Source: Thermoguttaceae bacterium (GTDB taxonomy: Bacteria; Planctomycetota; Planctomycetia; Pirellulales; Thermoguttaceae). Taken from it: a stretch of DNA of 64,000 nt. Each line of letters starts with the position of its first letter. The stretch's first letter is position 1. The position numbers were made by a program, and so were the translations under genes. This document shows positions 45,846 to 57,500 of this stretch, piece after piece. Location of the stretch: positions 410,168 to 474,167 of the forward strand of contig CAXXFQ010000019.1 of assembly GCA_963674475.2 (NCBI GenBank), in the 5' to 3' direction. The notes below the pieces were generated by a model. It had not been told where the DNA came from. It ran no database searches and worked only from the letters and a program-made list of their open reading frames with translations.

Positions 45846-46913
45846 ATGTCCGAAGATGCCCATTTTCTGATGACAACCTGCCAAATCGGTTTCGAGGCGG
45901 CACTGAAAGCGGAAATCGCGCGACGGTACCCGGCGTTCCGGTTTGCCTATTCGCGGCCCGGTTTTGTGACGTTCAAGCTGCCGGAAGGAGAGTCTTTTCC
46001 GGCCGATTATCGTCTGCGGGCCGTTTTCGCTCGCGGGTATGCCTTTTCGCTGGGAAAGGTTTCCGGCGATGATTTGGAAAAGCGGGCCGAGGAGTCCTGG
46101 AGACTTTTCGGGGATCGGCCGGTCTGTCGTCTCCACGTTTGGCAGCGGGACCAGGCACGTCGCGGACATCGTGGTTGGGAACCGGGAGTGACGCCCGAGG
46201 TGTTGGAAGCGGAAGAGGCCTTGCTACGCCACGCTCCAAAGGGGACGGAGCTAGTCGATCGAGAACTATGGCGCAGTGAGCTGGCCGGGCATGGGGAGCC
46301 GATTCTCGATTGCATCCTGGTCGAGCCGAACGAGTGGTGGATTGGCTACCATCGGGCCCGAGGTTTTTCGACGCGTTTGCCGGGCGGGATGCTTCCGCTT
46401 GAATTGCCTCCGCAGATGGTCAGTCGTGCTTGGTTGAAGATGGAGGAAGGACTCCAGTGGTCCGAATTGCCGATTCAAGTTGGCGATCGGGTGGCGGAGA
46501 TCGGCTCGGCGCCCGGTGGCGGCAGTCAGGCCCTTTTGTCGCGCGGTTGCGAGGTTCTGGGGATCGATCCGGCTCGGATGGACCCGGCCGTTTTGCTGCA
46601 TCCGCGATTTACCCATATCCGTCGTCGCTCGAATCAGGTTCGTCGGACCACCTATCGAAAGGTCCGTTGGCTGACGGCCGATATGAACGTGACGCCGAAC
46701 TACACGCTCGATGTGATCGAGGAGATTGTCAAGAGACCGGACGTGAAGATTCGCGGGATCCTGCTGACGCTGAAACTGATCCAGCCGGAGATGGCCTCTC
46801 GCGTCGACGAGTATCTGGGGCGGGTTCGCGAGTGGGGATTCCCGGTAGTTCGCGCGAGACAGCTTCAATTCAACCGACATGAGATCGCCTTAACGGCTAG
46901 CCTGCCTCGTTGA
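45846..46913 (+). CDS. RlmM-like rRNA 2'-O-ribose methyltransferase (THUMP-like N-domain + FtsJ-like SAM MTase)
   Basis: The layout and length match RlmM: SRAWLKMEEGL..., SAM motif VAEIGSAPGGGSQAL, and TADMNVTP. Confidence 0.6.
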   Translation: MSEDAHFLMTTCQIGFEAALKAEIARRYPAFRFAYSRPGFVTFKLPEGESFPADYRLRAVFARGYAFSLGKVSGDDLEKRAEESWRLFGDRPVCRLHVWQRDQARRGHRGWEPGVTPEVLEAEEALLRHAPKGTELVDRELWRSELAGHGEPILDCILVEPNEWWIGYHRARGFSTRLPGGMLPLELPPQMVSRAWLKMEEGLQWSELPIQVGDRVAEIGSAPGGGSQALLSRGCEVLGIDPARMDPAVLLHPRFTHIRRRSNQVRRTTYRKVRWLTADMNVTPNYTLDVIEEIVKRPDVKIRGILLTLKLIQPEMASRVDEYLGRVREWGFPVVRARQLQFNRHEIALTASLPR

Positions 46914-46933
46914 TCGCGTGAGGACACTCGAGG

Positions 46934-49900
46934 TTAGGAAGGCCGCTTTTGACGCGAGATTTCGAAATACTTCAAAATCGTGTTTAAGAGAGACACTTTA
47001 TCGATTGGCTTGGTGACGTAGTCGTCGCACCCTGCGTCGAAACTGCGTTTCCGTTCGCTCAACATGGCGTGGGCCGTAAAGGCGATGATCGGCTGGCGAT
47101 ATCCGGCCATGCGAAGTTGTCGGGTGGCACTGTAGCCGTCGACGATTGGCATCTGCATATCCATCAGGACGACGTCAAATTTTTCTTCGCTCTCGAGGAT
47201 CTTCTGCACTGCTTCCTCTCCGTTCTCGGCGAGGGAAAGATGGACCTTCCACGGTTTGAGAATCGCGGCCACCAGCCGTTGATTGTCGCGTCCGTCTTCG
47301 GCTAAGAGGATTCTCGCTCCGGCCAACTCGGAGAAATCCTTGGGGGTGATTTTTTCGGGTTTGCCGTTTCTTATTAACTCCGCCTTGAGTTCGGTGATTG
47401 GTCGAATTCCCACGACCGGACCGGTTGCGGCGGTCAAAGTGAAGACACTTCCCACGTCGGATTCGCTTTCGACGGTAATGTCGCCGCCGAGGAGTCGAGC
47501 TAATTTATGGCTGATCGCCAAGCCGAGTCCGGTGCCGCCAAACATTCTCGTCGTGGAGGTGTCGGCCTGGCTGAACGGTTGGAAAATAGTTGCAAATTTA
47601 TCCTTGGAGATGCCGATTCCGGTGTCGATAACTTGAATTTGTAAAAGTGGGTTCGTCTTTTGAATAAACTTGACCATGACTTCGATCGAGCCCCGATCGG
47701 TGAACTTGACCGCGTTGCCGATGAGGTTGATGACAATCTGGCGTAGACGAACCGGGTCGGATTGGATCGATTCCGGGATGGGGCCGTCAAGCGTGATCTT
47801 AAATGAGAGCCCTTTTTCCTCGACTCTAGGACGGAATAACGAGCGAATCTCCTCAAAAAGTTGAGGGATATTGACCTGAAGGCGTTCGATTTTCAGCTCT
47901 CCCGCTTCGACTTTGGAGAGGTCGAGAATATCGTTGATCAATTCCAAAAGATGTTTGCTATTTCGGAGAATCGCTTCGGCCGAAGGATCGGTTTCGTCCC
48001 CTTGAAGCTGATCGGAAAGAAGTTCGGCAAATCCCATAATAGCGGTCAAAGGGGTTCGTAATTCGTGGCTGATATTGGCCAAAAATTCGCTCTTGGTTTG
48101 ATTGGCCTTTTCGGCTTGTTGATAGGCCGCCTCTAGTTTTCGGTTGGCTGCTTCAAGTTTATGGGCGTACTGGTTGCGGTCGGCTTCGTGCTGGATTCGC
48201 TCGGTTTTATCGGTCGAGACGCCCCGGTATCCGCGGAAGATCCCTTTTTCGTCAAAAATGGGAGAGGCGTTGGCCTCAAAGTAAACCCGTTTACCCGTTT
48301 TCGAAAGGCCCCAGTTTTGTATTCCTTTAAACGGGGCTTGGATCACCAGCGGTTTTTCCAAGATTTTTTTCCAAGGATAATCCTTATCCGGAACCAGATA
48401 TCGGGTATAGGGCGTTCCAACGATTTCTTCGGGAGTGTATTCGAGTATTTCTTCCACCCTTCCTGAGACGTGGGTGTAAATTCCGTTTTCATCGATTTCC
48501 CAAATGAGATCCCCGGTATGATCGACGATATCTTGAAGCCGTTGATGGGATTCTCTCAATTGGCGGTAGGCCGTTTCCAACTCTTGGGCATACTCTTTGA
48601 GGCGGGTTTGGTACTCGATTCGCTCGGTCACGTCGGTCGAGACACCCAAGTAGCCGAGAAAGGTGTCGTCTTCATCAAAGAAGGGGGTTCCGTTTTCTCG
48701 AAGGAAGACCACTTTTCCCTCTTTGGAAAGATAGTGATAGATGATGGATGAATAAGGTTCTCTTTTCCGGAGCAGTTTTCGAAAAATTTCCACGCCGGGG
48801 TCTTTTTCCTTCGTGACGAGAAATTCCTCGTACAAATGGCCTACCATTTCCTCGGGTGAGTAACCGAGGATTTCTTTTACCTTTCCGGAAATGCTTGTGA
48901 ATCTTCCCTGGGGGTCGAGTTCCCAGATGATATCCCCGCTGTTATCGATCAGGTTTTGGAGCCGTTGATTGGAGAATTTTAGTTCTCGCTCGGCCTGTTT
49001 GCGCGCAGAGATGTCTTGCACGATTCCAGAAACGCCGATCACCGTGCCATTCCGATCGAAAAGGCAAGAGGCGGCGACGTTCAGGTGGATTCTGGTTCCC
49101 TCTTTCGCAACCCCGATCGTCTCGATTTCTTCTACGTAACCATGTTGGGCTTTCTGACTAAGACGATGGAAAGATTGTCGTGCCTCTTCATGGTTCTTCG
49201 ACTCGATCATGTCGGTAAAGAGCCGTCCTTGGATCTCATCGACCGAGTAACCAAATATTTTTTCCGCTGCCGGATTCCAGTTGGTGATCATCCCTTCGAG
49301 ATCGACTCCGACGATCCCGACATTGGTCGATGCGACAATCGCCGCCAGACGGGCCTGAACTTTTTCCGCTTTGATTCGAAGCGTTGCGTCACGAATCAAT
49401 CCGGCTGCCAGATGGGGGAATTGGGGCACCATATAGGCGTTTAATTCACAAAAAGATCTTTCCCCTTGTCGGTTCTGTATACGCATCACGGCATTGGCGA
49501 TGTTCCCTTTCTTTTGGAGAATGCGGCTAAATTCCTTGGCTTTCTCTTGTTCCAAAATAAACTGATAAAAATTTTCTCCCTTGAGTTGACTGGCCGTGCA
49601 TCCGGCCATTTGGGCAAACCGTTGATTGCACCAGAGAATTTTTTTGGTGAAGACGTTGTATAAGAAAAAACCGTCGGGGGCGAAATCGAGAAACAGGAGG
49701 GATTCGATCGGAGCCGCCCTTCGAAAACGGCGCTGAAAGACACCTAGCGCAATGAGGAGAATTCCCCCGTTCCAAAAGAGGATACGTAAAAAGAGGATCG
49801 ACGGGTGGGACAATAAGTCGAACGCGAGAAGAAAGGCGATGGTATGAATCGAAAGGTCGAAAAGACACCAGATGCCGATGCCAATCAAGCCGAACGTGGC

Positions 49901-50056
49901 AAACCGTTTGGCCTGCATCGGACGCGGACGGAAGGGGGCGAAAAAGTAGAGTCCCAGTAAGATCGCAAAAAACCCCCACTCGATCGCCAATTGGAAATAC
50001 AGATTATTCCATAGCAAGGGGTAGGCGGTCAATTCCATCACGCACATCCACCACAA
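46934..50056 (-). CDS. Hybrid sensor histidine kinase/response regulator with multiple PAS domains
   Basis: N-terminal TM segments and about four PAS/PAC modules. The H-box is SEFLANISHELRTPLTAIMGF, with HATPase N/G boxes (NLIGNAVKFT, DTGIGI, GGTGLGLAIS). The C-terminal receiver reads ILLAEDGRDNQ...VVLMDMQMPIVDG. Confidence 0.9.
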   Translation of the reverse strand: MWWMCVMELTAYPLLWNNLYFQLAIEWGFFAILLGLYFFAPFRPRPMQAKRFATFGLIGIGIWCLFDLSIHTIAFLLAFDLLSHPSILFLRILFWNGGILLIALGVFQRRFRRAAPIESLLFLDFAPDGFFLYNVFTKKILWCNQRFAQMAGCTASQLKGENFYQFILEQEKAKEFSRILQKKGNIANAVMRIQNRQGERSFCELNAYMVPQFPHLAAGLIRDATLRIKAEKVQARLAAIVASTNVGIVGVDLEGMITNWNPAAEKIFGYSVDEIQGRLFTDMIESKNHEEARQSFHRLSQKAQHGYVEEIETIGVAKEGTRIHLNVAASCLFDRNGTVIGVSGIVQDISARKQAERELKFSNQRLQNLIDNSGDIIWELDPQGRFTSISGKVKEILGYSPEEMVGHLYEEFLVTKEKDPGVEIFRKLLRKREPYSSIIYHYLSKEGKVVFLRENGTPFFDEDDTFLGYLGVSTDVTERIEYQTRLKEYAQELETAYRQLRESHQRLQDIVDHTGDLIWEIDENGIYTHVSGRVEEILEYTPEEIVGTPYTRYLVPDKDYPWKKILEKPLVIQAPFKGIQNWGLSKTGKRVYFEANASPIFDEKGIFRGYRGVSTDKTERIQHEADRNQYAHKLEAANRKLEAAYQQAEKANQTKSEFLANISHELRTPLTAIMGFAELLSDQLQGDETDPSAEAILRNSKHLLELINDILDLSKVEAGELKIERLQVNIPQLFEEIRSLFRPRVEEKGLSFKITLDGPIPESIQSDPVRLRQIVINLIGNAVKFTDRGSIEVMVKFIQKTNPLLQIQVIDTGIGISKDKFATIFQPFSQADTSTTRMFGGTGLGLAISHKLARLLGGDITVESESDVGSVFTLTAATGPVVGIRPITELKAELIRNGKPEKITPKDFSELAGARILLAEDGRDNQRLVAAILKPWKVHLSLAENGEEAVQKILESEEKFDVVLMDMQMPIVDGYSATRQLRMAGYRQPIIAFTAHAMLSERKRSFDAGCDDYVTKPIDKVSLLNTILKYFEISRQKRPS

Positions 50057-50248
50057 ACGGGTTTACGGATTAATGCAGGGAAATCGTCTGGTGCCGGTCT
50101 TTGGAACTCGTTTTTCGAGAAAAGCAAGAAGCGGATTCATCAAAAATAGACCTATATAATTTTAGGGCGAAACCATACCGAGACAATGGTTCACCCTAAG
50201 ATTGGGGTATGGCTCACTCTGAAAGCAAGTTTTTTCGATAAGATTGAT

Positions 50249-51274
50249 TTAGTTGGCATGACCGGAAGGGGACAGGGCGGCCCGGTAGATTCGATCGTCT
50301 AGTTCATAGACGATATTCCAACGGCCATCGACCAGAAACGGATTCGAGATGGTCGAGACCTCGCCCGACGCTTTGAGCCGGACCGGTCCGCCTTTTTTCC
50401 AGTGGGTCAAATCGTCGGAAGACCAGTAGGCTCGAAGTTTTAGATCCATCGGTTGCGAGATGGCAATATACCCTTTAGGCGTTTGGGCCACGGCGAACGA
50501 GGCAATCTCCTCGGCCGTCGGCGTCAGCGGTTTCCCGTCGGTTTCAGGGGCCCGTCGCCAATCGAGCAGGTTGTCGGAAACGGCCAGCCCGACCGCTTGA
50601 TTGCGGTAGATCGACGGCAGGCGATTCCCTTGCATCGACGACAGCCCTCGATACAGCATCCAAAATCGTCCGTCGCGCCGGAATGTCACGTTGGGCAGTG
50701 TCGAAACTGATTGGCCCCACGGACCGGACTGCCCCGTGAAGACCGGGTTGTTTTTGACCTTTTTCCAAGGGCCCAGCGGATGATCAGCCACCGCCGTGCC
50801 GATCGCTTTGACCCCTTTTTTTCGGCCGGCGTAGAAAAGGTAGTACCGATTCTCGTGCTTGATCACTCCGGCGGGCAGTTTCGCGACGGTCGAGTCCCAC
50901 TGGCCCGAATCGCCGACGCGAATGATCGGATCGGCCAATTTTTGCCAATGGACCCCGTCAGGCGAAACGGCCAAGCCGATCTGCTCGTGGCCACCTTGCC
51001 CGAACGGCTTGTCTTGCCCCTCGAAGAAGCAGTAGTAGACGCCGCCGTCGACAAAGATAAACGGGTTGTCGACCGCCATCGCGTTCCAGCTACCCGGCAC
51101 GCCCCGGTCGAGGATCGGTTTTCCGAAATCGGTTTCGACCCAAGTCCCATCGGTTTTCAAAGGAGGAACCGACGTCGCCGATTGGCCATATCCGAAGGTC
51201 GAGGTCAGCGCCAACGAGACGGTTAAAAGCAAGGCAAGCGAAGGAAAGCGGACGAGAGTTTCAAATCGAAGCAT
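50249..51274 (-). CDS. Secreted beta-propeller glycoside-hydrolase-like protein (GH43/GH130-type fold)
   Basis: Signal peptide, then repeated blade-like segments (AVDNPFIFVDGGVYYCFFEG, GLAVSPDGVHWQK, YYLFYAG, FWMLYRG). The family assignment is approximate. Confidence 0.5.
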   Translation of the reverse strand: MLRFETLVRFPSLALLLTVSLALTSTFGYGQSATSVPPLKTDGTWVETDFGKPILDRGVPGSWNAMAVDNPFIFVDGGVYYCFFEGQDKPFGQGGHEQIGLAVSPDGVHWQKLADPIIRVGDSGQWDSTVAKLPAGVIKHENRYYLFYAGRKKGVKAIGTAVADHPLGPWKKVKNNPVFTGQSGPWGQSVSTLPNVTFRRDGRFWMLYRGLSSMQGNRLPSIYRNQAVGLAVSDNLLDWRRAPETDGKPLTPTAEEIASFAVAQTPKGYIAISQPMDLKLRAYWSSDDLTHWKKGGPVRLKASGEVSTISNPFLVDGRWNIVYELDDRIYRAALSPSGHAN

Positions 51275-51740
51275 GGTGAGATTTTTATAAGAGGGGACGG
51301 GGGAATGAAATAAAATGACTCTCGCGAAACTTGGGGCTTATTCATGTCGGCATAGTCAATGTTCCACACGCAGCCACAAATTCGTCTGTCCCAGGCGGAT
51401 TTGCTGGATTCTCGAGCTGGGAAAGGTTCATTGGCAATGCAACCCTCAATAATAGGAAATCAGGCAGGCAGGGGGGGAATTCGATACGCGGAAATCCCTT
51501 ACCCAGTATAAACTTTCCAAGATGAATTGCAACCAAATTGGGCACGGTCAAAAAAGAGGCAGGTTTTCGCCGAGGGAAAATTTGTCTATGAAACCTTTTT
51601 CCGTATCCGGCCATCGACGTTTTTCACCTTGAGTTTCCTTTACGGAAGCGGTATGATCCGCTGAAATCCAAAAAATAGGATTTTTTTCAGGGGCGATTCA
51701 ACCAGGGTGCGAATGCAGAAACGCAAATCGAAGGAGCCCC

Positions 51741-52592
51741 ATGATGAAGTTCGATCGATCTTTTTATCGTTCGTTTTGTGTCGGAAGTTTTGGGTTACTA
51801 TTAGTGCTGGCTTGTTACCCGGGCGACGTGGAAGCAAAAGGTCCTCGACGAGGCGGCCCCTCGATCAAGTTTGGCCCCTCTTTGAAGGTGACTCTACCTT
51901 CTCCGGCTCCTGCGGTTCGTGTCGTCAAGCCGGCCCGAACGGTGGTTCGAACTGTCCCGGCGCCTCGCGTGGTGATTGCCGCAAAACCGCGAATCGTTTT
52001 CTCTCTTCCGATCGGATATCAAACGGTCGCCTTTGGTGATGTGACTTACTATCAACACGGATTGGTTTACTATCGTCCTCTGTGGCAGGAAGATCGATGG
52101 GTTTACGTCGAAGCCGCGCCGCCGGTCTATGTGGCAGTTGCCAGTCCCCCGTCCGGCGCCGAAAGAATCGTCATCGACGGTCAGGTCTACTACCGCGACA
52201 ACCGGGCCAACTACAAAGTCGCCCAACAGACGCCCCCGACGCCGACCCCTGCCGCACCGACCACCAACACGGCAGCTCCAGCCGCGATAGCACCTTCACC
52301 CCAAGTGGCTTCGCAAGTCCAAGTGGGGCCCATATCCAACGAGACCGGCTCGCCTCCTGAATTGATCCCCGCCGGCGGTTCCCCGTCGAGGCCGGTTCAA
52401 GTTGAAGCGACGCGACGCCTTGCAACCCAAACCCAACTTCGCGCCGGGACCGTCGTCGACGAGTTGCCCAGCGAAATCTCCTATTTCAAGCGAGGGCAGA
52501 TCACCTACTTCCAGTCTGGCGAAACGTGTTACATGCCGATCCAAGTCGGCGGCCAATTCCGTTACGTCGTCGTCGAAAAACCTGCGGAGTAG
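51741..52592 (+). CDS. Secreted hypothetical protein with three G-x-x-Y-Y/F repeats
   Basis: Signal peptide MMKFDRSFYRSFCVGSFGLLLVLACYPGDVEA. The repeats are FGDVTYYQHGLVYYRP, IDGQVYYRDNRANYKV and KRGQITYFQSGETCYMP. AGGAG Shine-Dalgarno upstream. Confidence 0.6.
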   Translation: MMKFDRSFYRSFCVGSFGLLLVLACYPGDVEAKGPRRGGPSIKFGPSLKVTLPSPAPAVRVVKPARTVVRTVPAPRVVIAAKPRIVFSLPIGYQTVAFGDVTYYQHGLVYYRPLWQEDRWVYVEAAPPVYVAVASPPSGAERIVIDGQVYYRDNRANYKVAQQTPPTPTPAAPTTNTAAPAAIAPSPQVASQVQVGPISNETGSPPELIPAGGSPSRPVQVEATRRLATQTQLRAGTVVDELPSEISYFKRGQITYFQSGETCYMPIQVGGQFRYVVVEKPAE

Positions 52593-52733
52593 ACGCCGTC
52601 CGATATCAAGAGCGATATTCCGACGGGAAAGTCCTAAGATGCCAACTCGTCCGAGGCGTTCCATTGGACCGGTCCGTTTTTTTCTAATGCCCTCAGTCGG
52701 GCATGAAATATTCAAACCCGGCTGGAGTGACCG

Positions 52734-54041
52734 TCATTCGGCGGTAATGGCTTCCTTTTCGGCCTCGGTAAATTTGGAACCGGCTATCGGTCCCGGGGCC
52801 CAGCACTGCTCTAGCTTGCCCGGTTTTGGATCTTCGACCGGGATCACCAGGACCTCGCTGTTGTCGGCCTGGCGCTCGATCTTGCCGCCGGCGCGGAGGA
52901 CCGCCTTGCGAGTCAGTCGTTGACAGACCTCCAGCAAGCCGGGGAAGTTGTACGCCGTGTGACTGAATTTCGGTTTGAGGTCCAAGGCGGAGGTGAACCG
53001 CTTGGGCAGATTTTTTTGGCCCATCGACGTGGCGAGAATCCCCCCGGCATTGGAAGGGTTGCAGTCGGAGTCTTGCCCGCATCGCATGGAGATCACGATC
53101 GTCTTGTCGAGATCACCCTCGCCGTACAAGAGCCCCATGACGATATAGGCGCCATTTATTTTGGCGTCGATATTGAACACGTCTTTCTTAAAGTTTGAAC
53201 AAGTGAATCGCCGGTAGGCCGGGTTCAACCGGTATTTTTTGTCGATCTTCTTCCAGGTTGCCTGCCAATCGTTGGGGTTTTCGGCATGCCAGGCCAGCAC
53301 GTCGAGGATCGCCTCGGTATATTGACTTCCGGCCGGAATGCACTTCAAACCGGCAAGGACGACTTTCTTCATGTCTTTTTCGAAGAAAGCCTCGCTATAC
53401 ATTCCCGAGACGAACTGGCCGCCATAGAGGCCGTCGCCGTAGTTCATCAGTCGGCCGAATTTCTCGCCCAACTCGATCCCCAGGTTGGGCATGCCGGGCG
53501 AGATCAGACCGGCGTAGTCGGCTTCGATTTGGTAGTCGATATCGTCGGCATGGCGGTTGAACTGCGGGTGTCCGCTATCGGGCCCGGCGATGCCGTTGCG
53601 AAGGTTGGTACGCCCGGCCTTGTTGGCGTGCCAAAGCTCGTACTGGCTGTTGGCGAAATCGATACCCGCCTGACGAATCGAGACGTCCAGGCCGTATTGG
53701 TCGAGCGTTTTTAGGAACGTCATCTCCACGTAGATATCGTCCTGCTTGAACTGGTTGATCAGCTCGGGCTTCCAACGTGGCACTTGGTCCTGAGGAATGA
53801 TGCGGTCGTTGAACTGGAACTCGGTCGGTGCGCCCCAGCCGACGCCTGCCATTTGGCCGATCCATCCGGCGGCCATCTTGTCGCGATAGTCGGCAAACGA
53901 AAGGCGGCGGACCGATTTCGTTTCGAGCTTTTCCGCTTGGGCTGTTGTCGTGATCGGCGACGCGAACCACGAGAGAGAAATCGCAATAACGGCCAGGGGA
54001 ACGAGGGCAAGCGATCTGGGCGAGAATGGAACTAATTTCAT
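52734..54041 (-). CDS. ADP-ribosylglycohydrolase family protein, secreted
   Basis: Signal peptide, GWIGQMAGVGWGAPTEF, DDIYVEMTF, and the C-terminal metal-site block GQDSDCNPSNAGGI. Confidence 0.8.
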   Translation of the reverse strand: MKLVPFSPRSLALVPLAVIAISLSWFASPITTTAQAEKLETKSVRRLSFADYRDKMAAGWIGQMAGVGWGAPTEFQFNDRIIPQDQVPRWKPELINQFKQDDIYVEMTFLKTLDQYGLDVSIRQAGIDFANSQYELWHANKAGRTNLRNGIAGPDSGHPQFNRHADDIDYQIEADYAGLISPGMPNLGIELGEKFGRLMNYGDGLYGGQFVSGMYSEAFFEKDMKKVVLAGLKCIPAGSQYTEAILDVLAWHAENPNDWQATWKKIDKKYRLNPAYRRFTCSNFKKDVFNIDAKINGAYIVMGLLYGEGDLDKTIVISMRCGQDSDCNPSNAGGILATSMGQKNLPKRFTSALDLKPKFSHTAYNFPGLLEVCQRLTRKAVLRAGGKIERQADNSEVLVIPVEDPKPGKLEQCWAPGPIAGSKFTEAEKEAITAE

Positions 54042-54249
54042 AAGTTCGGCTTCCGATCGGGCAATGAGGTTCTGTCAAGCTGCGTGACGGCACGCAGGCG
54101 GTTTTGTTTCAGCGTGAGAGAAAGACGGAGGGTTTTTGAGGGAGGAAGGGGGGACCTAACACCGAATTTAGTTTACAGATTCACAGTGGTTTTGTCAAAC
54201 AGTCCAGGCAGGTTTGCTGCGGGTGGGTGATTTCCAAAGGAATTCTGCC

Positions 54250-54288
54250 AAGAAACGAAACAAGCCCCTGTGTGGTGACAGAGGCTTG
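54250..54288 (-). terminator. Intrinsic terminator downstream of tRNA-Glu
   Basis: Minus strand: AAGCCTCTGT-loop-ACAGGGGCTT followed by GTTTCGTTTCTT. Confidence 0.6.
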
Positions 54289-54342
54289 GTTTTCGTGTTT
54301 TCTATGAGTGCGTTTTCTCAAAAAACTTAAAAACGCAGCTAG

Positions 54343-54415
54343 TACCCCCTAGGGGAATCGAACCCCTGTTTTCGGACTGAGAATCCGACGTCCTGGGCCA
54401 CTAGACGAAGGGGGC
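54343..54415 (-). tRNA. tRNA-Glu (anticodon CUC)
   Basis: The reverse complement GCCCCCTTCGTCTAGTGGCCCAGGACGTCGGATTCTCAGTCCGAAAACAGGGGTTCGATTCCCCTAGGGGGTA folds as a cloverleaf. Its anticodon loop is TTCTCAG and its T-loop is GGTTCGATTCC. It is close to the E. coli tRNA-Glu layout. CCA is not encoded. Confidence 0.9.
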
Positions 54416-54567
54416 CTGTGGTCGTTTGGAAGAGGGGAGCGGTAGTCGCTCACCCTTCGACCGAATCCTTATCGGCCAAATCCCAAACGGGACTTCAATA
54501 TTCTAGGAACCCGTCGACGGTTTGTCAACGGGTTCCTGGCGGCCGGATGGAAAAACGGGGGGTCGGT

Positions 54568-57500
54568 TTACTCTTTCGCCTCTTCTTTGACCGGGACAAA
54601 ATCGACGCGGAACAGGTCGAACAGGTAGCCGCCGAACGAGCCGCCCGCGCCGACAATGATCCGCCTGCGGCCCCGTTGGAGTTCGAGCCGACCGATCGGG
54701 ACCGTTTTGCTGGTTTCCCAACCGCCCGATTCGCCGACCGCCCCGATCAGGCCGACCTTCATCTGGTTGGTGCCGTGCAGCAGGACCCACGGGTGACCGG
54801 CGTTGTCTTTATCGACCGACCAGGTCAGATACCCTTCGTAAAGGCCCGTCTCGGGGACCTCGATATGCCATTCGGCCCGGTCTCGCGACGTGAACCAGCC
54901 GAAAGCCTTCTCCTTGGGCATGTATTTAATCTCCGGACCGGTCGCCAGTGCGTCGATCGACTCGAGGTTCAACACGCCGTTTTCATCAGGGCGAACCAGG
55001 GTCGGGCCTTTTTTCTCGACCTTCTTCTCGGTCGTTGCCGCCGGTGCCGCTTCGGCCTTGGCGCCGTGGACGAAGGCCAACAGGTCGGCCATCTGCTGGG
55101 GTTCGAGCTTCGCTTCGAGCTTCTCGGGCATGTTCGACAGGCCGTCGCAGAGGATCTCTTCGATATCTTTTCGCAAGACCGTATGTTTCTTGCCGGTGAT
55201 ATCGGCCAGGGTCAGGCTGTTGCTGGTCTCTTCGATCAGTTGGCCTTGAATCGTCAGACCGTCAACCGTAATGACCGTGTATTGCAGATACCGCTCCTTG
55301 ATCGCGACGTTCGGGTCGATGACCGAAAGCAAGATTACCGGCGGCGAACGGTCGACCAGCGAGAGCAGGTCCGGCCCGATATGCTCGCCGATGCTATCCA
55401 GTCGGTGACACAACGAGCAGGTCGCTTCTTCAAACATTTTCGCTCCACGGACCGGGTCCCCTTTGAGTTTCAGAGCCGGTTTATATTTCTCGATCGCGGC
55501 GGCGATTTCCGGTGGCGTCTCGCGACCGATCACGAATTCATCGGACGCCTGCCGCTCGATTTGACGATCTTCCGGGTCGGTCTCGTTCCATTCCTCAATG
55601 TCTGCGGCCAGCTGTTCGAGCTTCGCGGCCAGACGCAATTGGTTGGCCGTCTGGTCCTTCTTCGCGCGGATCAGTTCGGCCATCTTTTGCGCGTGGGGAA
55701 CGGTCGAACTCATCACGGCGGCGAACATCTGCGGATCGGCTTCGTAGCGGATCGCCATCTCGGCCAGCATCTCGGCCGCTTTCGTGGATTTCCACTCGCC
55801 CAGACTGTAGGCCAGCTGCAAGAGGACCATCTCGTCGTAGTCGTGGAGCCGGTTTTTGAGCGCCTCGGCCAGGCGCGGGTCAAGGTCGAATCGGCCTTCG
55901 CACAACCGGACCGCGTGGCGTCGGACGCCCGGGTGCGCGTCTTCGAGACCCAAGAGGAGCATGTCGGCCGAAAGTTTATCCAAACCGTCCAGAGCGCAGA
56001 GCGCTTGAAGCCGGGTTTGCGGACGCTTCGACGTTTTGACCAGCTTTTCCAAATAAGGCGCGGCTTCGACGGCGTTTTTCCAGATCAACATTTGCTGGAC
56101 CATGTCGCGTTGCCAACCGCTGGGGCTGTTCATCGCGGCGACCAGTTGTTCGAGGTTCAACTTGGTCAGGTCGGGGATCGCACGCGGTGTCTTGCCGACC
56201 GGGTAGATGCGAAAAACGCGGCCCCGATCGTTGTAGCGTTGGAGCTCGAGTTCCTTTTCCAGCTCGTCGTTGATCCACTCGGGATGCTCGATCACGTAGC
56301 GGTACATGTCGGCGACCCACAGCGCGCCGTCCGGGCCGGTTCGCGCGGTGGCCGGGCGGAAGTTCGGATCGGACGAGGCGACGAATTCCGATTGCAACTC
56401 GTCGGCCGCGCGGTCGCCGTAGATCCGGATTCCCTCGCGACGCGGTTTCGCTCGCGTGATGACGTTATAGACCGAGTCGCTCGAGAAAATGTTATCCTCG
56501 TATTCGGGACCGAACAGGTCGTCCCGATAGACGGTGACGCCGGAGATCGAGGTCCAGCGGCCCGGTTGGCCTTCTTGCGGAGTCGGCTGGTCGTAGAAAC
56601 AATGGGTCATCACTCGACCGGCCGGCCAAGCGGAAGGAATTTCGGAAACGTTGTGTCGCAACGACGGGAGTGAGACGAACGGGTTGCGGGCCAGGTAATG
56701 GTCGTCCATCGCGAAATGGAACGCCGGCCAACTGTTGTTGCAGCCGAACCAGTTGCCCCAATCGTCGCGCGAACGACCGTACTGGGAGCGGCCGGTCATC
56801 CGTTGGATCTGACCCGTGTCGGGGTTGATTCGCAGGTCGGCGCCGCTGATATCGATCACTTGGCCGGTTTTTTTCGAGATGACCTTGCCGTCGCTGTCGC
56901 CGTTGGCCAGTGAAATCCAGTTGTCCAGCCGCCATCGGGGATAGTTGACCCGGTGCTGCTGGTTCCCTTCGTGGAAACCGTCGAACAGCGTTTCGCGGAA
57001 GTCGGCCTTGCCGTCGCCGTCGGTATCTTTGGCGAAAAAGACCAGCGGGGCGGCCGTGATCAGCACGCCGTCGCGCCACGGCATGACGCCGGTGGGGAAC
57101 GGGATCTTGTCCAGGAAGACGACCGACTTGTCGTATTGGCCATCGCCGTCGGTATCGGTCAAACGTCGAACGCGACCGCACGGGATGCCCGGGGTTTCGG
57201 GCGGTCCGTAATGGCCCGGCTCGGCGTAGCCCATCGGGTAGTCGGCCATTTCGGTCACCCAGAGCGAACCGTCGGGTCCCCAGGCGATATCGATCGGGTC
57301 GAGGACCGCGGGCTCGGCCGCCATCAGTTCGATCGTGAAGCCGGGCTTCGGGATCAGGGCGGCCAACTCTTGTTGGGGCGTGCGTCCCGGCGGCTCTTTT
57401 TCGTGAGCCAGGAAATCGTTGGTGAAGTAACGGGTGTCGACCTCGTGGGGGAAGTGGCCGGGGGTGTCTTCGTTTTGGACCCACATGTACCGGTACTTGA

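Noticed and set aside
54418-56673. 751-aa ORF on the plus strand
   Set aside because: It is antisense to the 1587-aa heme-binding protein gene and overlaps tRNA-Glu flanking sequence at its start. It is Arg/Gly/Val-rich low-information sequence.
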